Positions 33,525 through 35,178 of a DNA stretch of 35,178 bases are shown here, in pieces. The DNA comes from Calditrichaceae bacterium (GTDB lineage Bacteria; Calditrichota; Calditrichia; Calditrichales; Calditrichaceae): positions 1 to 35,178 of the forward strand of contig JARRPN010000010.1 of NCBI GenBank assembly GCA_037382875.1. Direction: 5' to 3'. Position 1 is the stretch's first letter. Each line of letters begins with the position of its first letter. The position numbers and the translations under genes are program-made. The notes under the pieces were generated by a model that saw only the letters and a program-made list of their open reading frames with translations, had not been told where the DNA came from and did not search any database.

Positions 33525-35178
33525 TTAATTTTTTTCGTTTTGTTCCTGAATAAGTTGTTTAAAATAAAGTTCTATCAAATTCTGATAATCAGATTGATAT
33601 CCTTCATTAAGCGATTTTTTTAATGCATCCTGTAGTCTTTTTTGCTGCAAATCTGATAAATTTTTCAATTTTCCAGGATCAATTGATAAATATTTTTTTG
33701 CAGTTTCAGCTTTACGCTTTTTAGAATATTCTCGCTCCCGGACAGATTTTTGTGCATCCAGCATGCGTGAAAGAATTTCTCTTTGACGATCAATCGTTTC
33801 TCTGCTGATATTTTGTTTTAATAAATCCTGAACCACTTCATCCATTTTGCTGCCAAGCTCTCCAATTCGTCCCATAATATCCTGTCTGGATCCCATTTCA
33901 TTGGACATTTTTTCAAGAGCTTCCTGTAAAGCTGCCTGCTGGCCGGCGATTCGCTGCATTTCCCTTTGCTGTTGCATACTCATTGAACCACCGTTACCCT
34001 GATTTTGAAAGAGATTCAGTGTCTGATCATTCAGTTGTCCCTGACTACCAGCCATTTGCTGAAGCTGTTCCATAAATTGTTCAAATCCAGTACCTGATTG
34101 AGATTGAGCCATTTGTGACATGGACTGCTGCATTTGCATTACACTTTCATTGAGTCCCTCCAGAGCCTGAGATTGTTGTTGCATGGCCCGGGTTTTATTT
34201 CTTTCCGATAATTCATCTATACTCCTTGCCATACTTATTTGACTTTTGCCGAGTGATTTGCTCAAACCAGGATGAATGAAAAATGTTTTTTTGGATAGTC
34301 TAACAAGATCTGAAATTAGTTTTTGAAAGTTTTGCTGGTCTCGTCCTTGTTTTATAGAAATATCAGCAAAATCTTCATTTAATGGTGAAGTTGTTTTTGT
34401 GTCATTTATAATTTGTTCCTGATCAAAAGACAATTGCAGCAATTTTTGTGTAGCACTTATCATTTTTTCCATAATTTCATTTTTATTTTGATCAAGCATT
34501 TTTGACTGTGCCTGTGAAATGGATGCCTGCATTTGACTGATCTGATTTTGTAATTTTTGCGAAATATGTGATGCCATTTGATGATTCTGCTGCTGTAGAT
34601 TCTGCTGAAGAGTTTGCATTTGCTTTTGTTCTTGCATTGATTTAGCCATTTCCTGGGCAGATTTTAGTTGCTTCTGTGTTTCTTCAAAACTCGATAAACG
34701 TGGCTCATCTAGAAGATTATTTAAATCCTGATTCAAATTTTTTAATAATTTTTCCTGTTGTTTTTGCTGATTTATCAACTGATCAGTTTCATTTTTATCT
34801 AGTGACTGCTTATCTTCAAGCTGATTACTTATTTTTTGCTGCTGTTCCATCAACTTATTAACTTCCTGGACAAGTTGATCCATCTTCTGCTCTAACTGAA
34901 CCTGTTTAAGTAATTCCATAGTTCTTTCAATTTTCTGCTGGAATTCTTCCTGATTGAGCTTAAAATTTTGTAAAGCTTGTTGAACCTGTTTCGGATCGGC
35001 TTTATCTAATGACTTCTGTAAATTATTCATTGCATCCAGAAGCTCTGGAGTGGCAATTTCCTGAAATAAATCCTGCAATTGGGTATACTTTTCAAGTAAT
35101 TCGGGGCTGATTAATTCATTTGCCTCCATTTTATTTATTATGTCTTCCAGTTCATTTTGTATTTCTTTAACCTTTTCC
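33525..35178 (-). CDS. Gln/Glu/Lys-rich coiled-coil protein, DUF4175-like, C-terminal part (frame stays open to the right edge, so the gene is probably 5'-truncated by the window)
   Basis: The track ORF starts at ATG 35129, but the same frame continues without a stop to 35178 (EKVKEIQNELEDIINK-MEANEL...). Most of the length is low-complexity Q-rich heptad-like sequence. LLQLSFDQEQII and the C-terminal block DRQREILSRMLDAQKSVREREYSKKRKAE...YQNLIELYFKQL resemble the conserved blocks of Bacteroidetes DUF4175 proteins as I recall them. Confidence 0.5.
   Translation of the reverse strand, partial: EKVKEIQNELEDIINKMEANELISPELLEKYTQLQDLFQEIATPELLDAMNNLQKSLDKADPKQVQQALQNFKLNQEEFQQKIERTMELLKQVQLEQKMDQLVQEVNKLMEQQQKISNQLEDKQSLDKNETDQLINQQKQQEKLLKNLNQDLNNLLDEPRLSSFEETQKQLKSAQEMAKSMQEQKQMQTLQQNLQQQNHQMASHISQKLQNQISQMQASISQAQSKMLDQNKNEIMEKMISATQKLLQLSFDQEQIINDTKTTSPLNEDFADISIKQGRDQQNFQKLISDLVRLSKKTFFIHPGLSKSLGKSQISMARSIDELSERNKTRAMQQQSQALEGLNESVMQMQQSMSQMAQSQSGTGFEQFMEQLQQMAGSQGQLNDQTLNLFQNQGNGGSMSMQQQREMQRIAGQQAALQEALEKMSNEMGSRQDIMGRIGELGSKMDEVVQDLLKQNISRETIDRQREILSRMLDAQKSVREREYSKKRKAETAKKYLSIDPGKLKNLSDLQQKRLQDALKKSLNEGYQSDYQNLIELYFKQLIQEQNEKN

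Noticed and set aside
1-35178. Search for tRNA/rRNA genes, CRISPR arrays, IS elements, integrases, prophage or defence-island content.
   Set aside because: Nearly all of the sequence is covered by long conserved-looking ORFs. The spacers are at most 323 nt and contain no direct-repeat arrays or cloverleaf-like GC-rich segments. No transposase, integrase or phage-like ORF is present.

Overview
AT-rich, densely packed bacterial chromosomal segment with about 29 protein-coding genes. I found no tRNA, rRNA, CRISPR array, transposase or integrase. The content is mostly conserved housekeeping. Left third, + strand: a DJ-1/PfpI gene, a convergent gpr/yghZ-like aldo-keto reductase, then the pyruvate dehydrogenase operon aceE-aceF-[four-helix-bundle ORF]-lpdA. 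Middle, - strand: a T9SS-sorted secreted protein, a PreP-like M16C peptidase, arfB, creD, pgeF and a TPR/PBP1 (LpoA-like) protein. These are followed by a tight gene string tsaE-tsaB-rimI-accD-surE-guaA-glmS, a PorX-type REC-PglZ regulator and rlmB. Right: ychF, PIN-PhoH2 and mutY (+), then a PlpD-like patatin-POTRA-Omp85 protein and a Gln-rich DUF4175-like coiled-coil protein (-, runs off the right edge). The T9SS C-terminal sorting domain, PorX and Omp85 proteins point to a diderm of the FCB-type lineages. Clear Shine-Dalgarno motifs suggest it is not a classical Bacteroidetes. I see no defence island or mobile element; this looks like an ordinary core region. Two things stand out. (1) A 23S-rRNA-IVS/Avd-family four-helix-bundle ORF sits between aceF and lpdA, bracketed by a 20/22 inverted repeat built from hexamer-periodic units. 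This resembles an rRNA intervening sequence placed in an mRNA. (2) Four conserved genes (aceE, M16C peptidase, tsaB, ychF) are each split by a frameshift of the same polarity (one base missing). At least three of the sites are at or next to short homopolymers. This most likely reflects deletion-biased sequence error, although the peptidase junction may be a real deletion.
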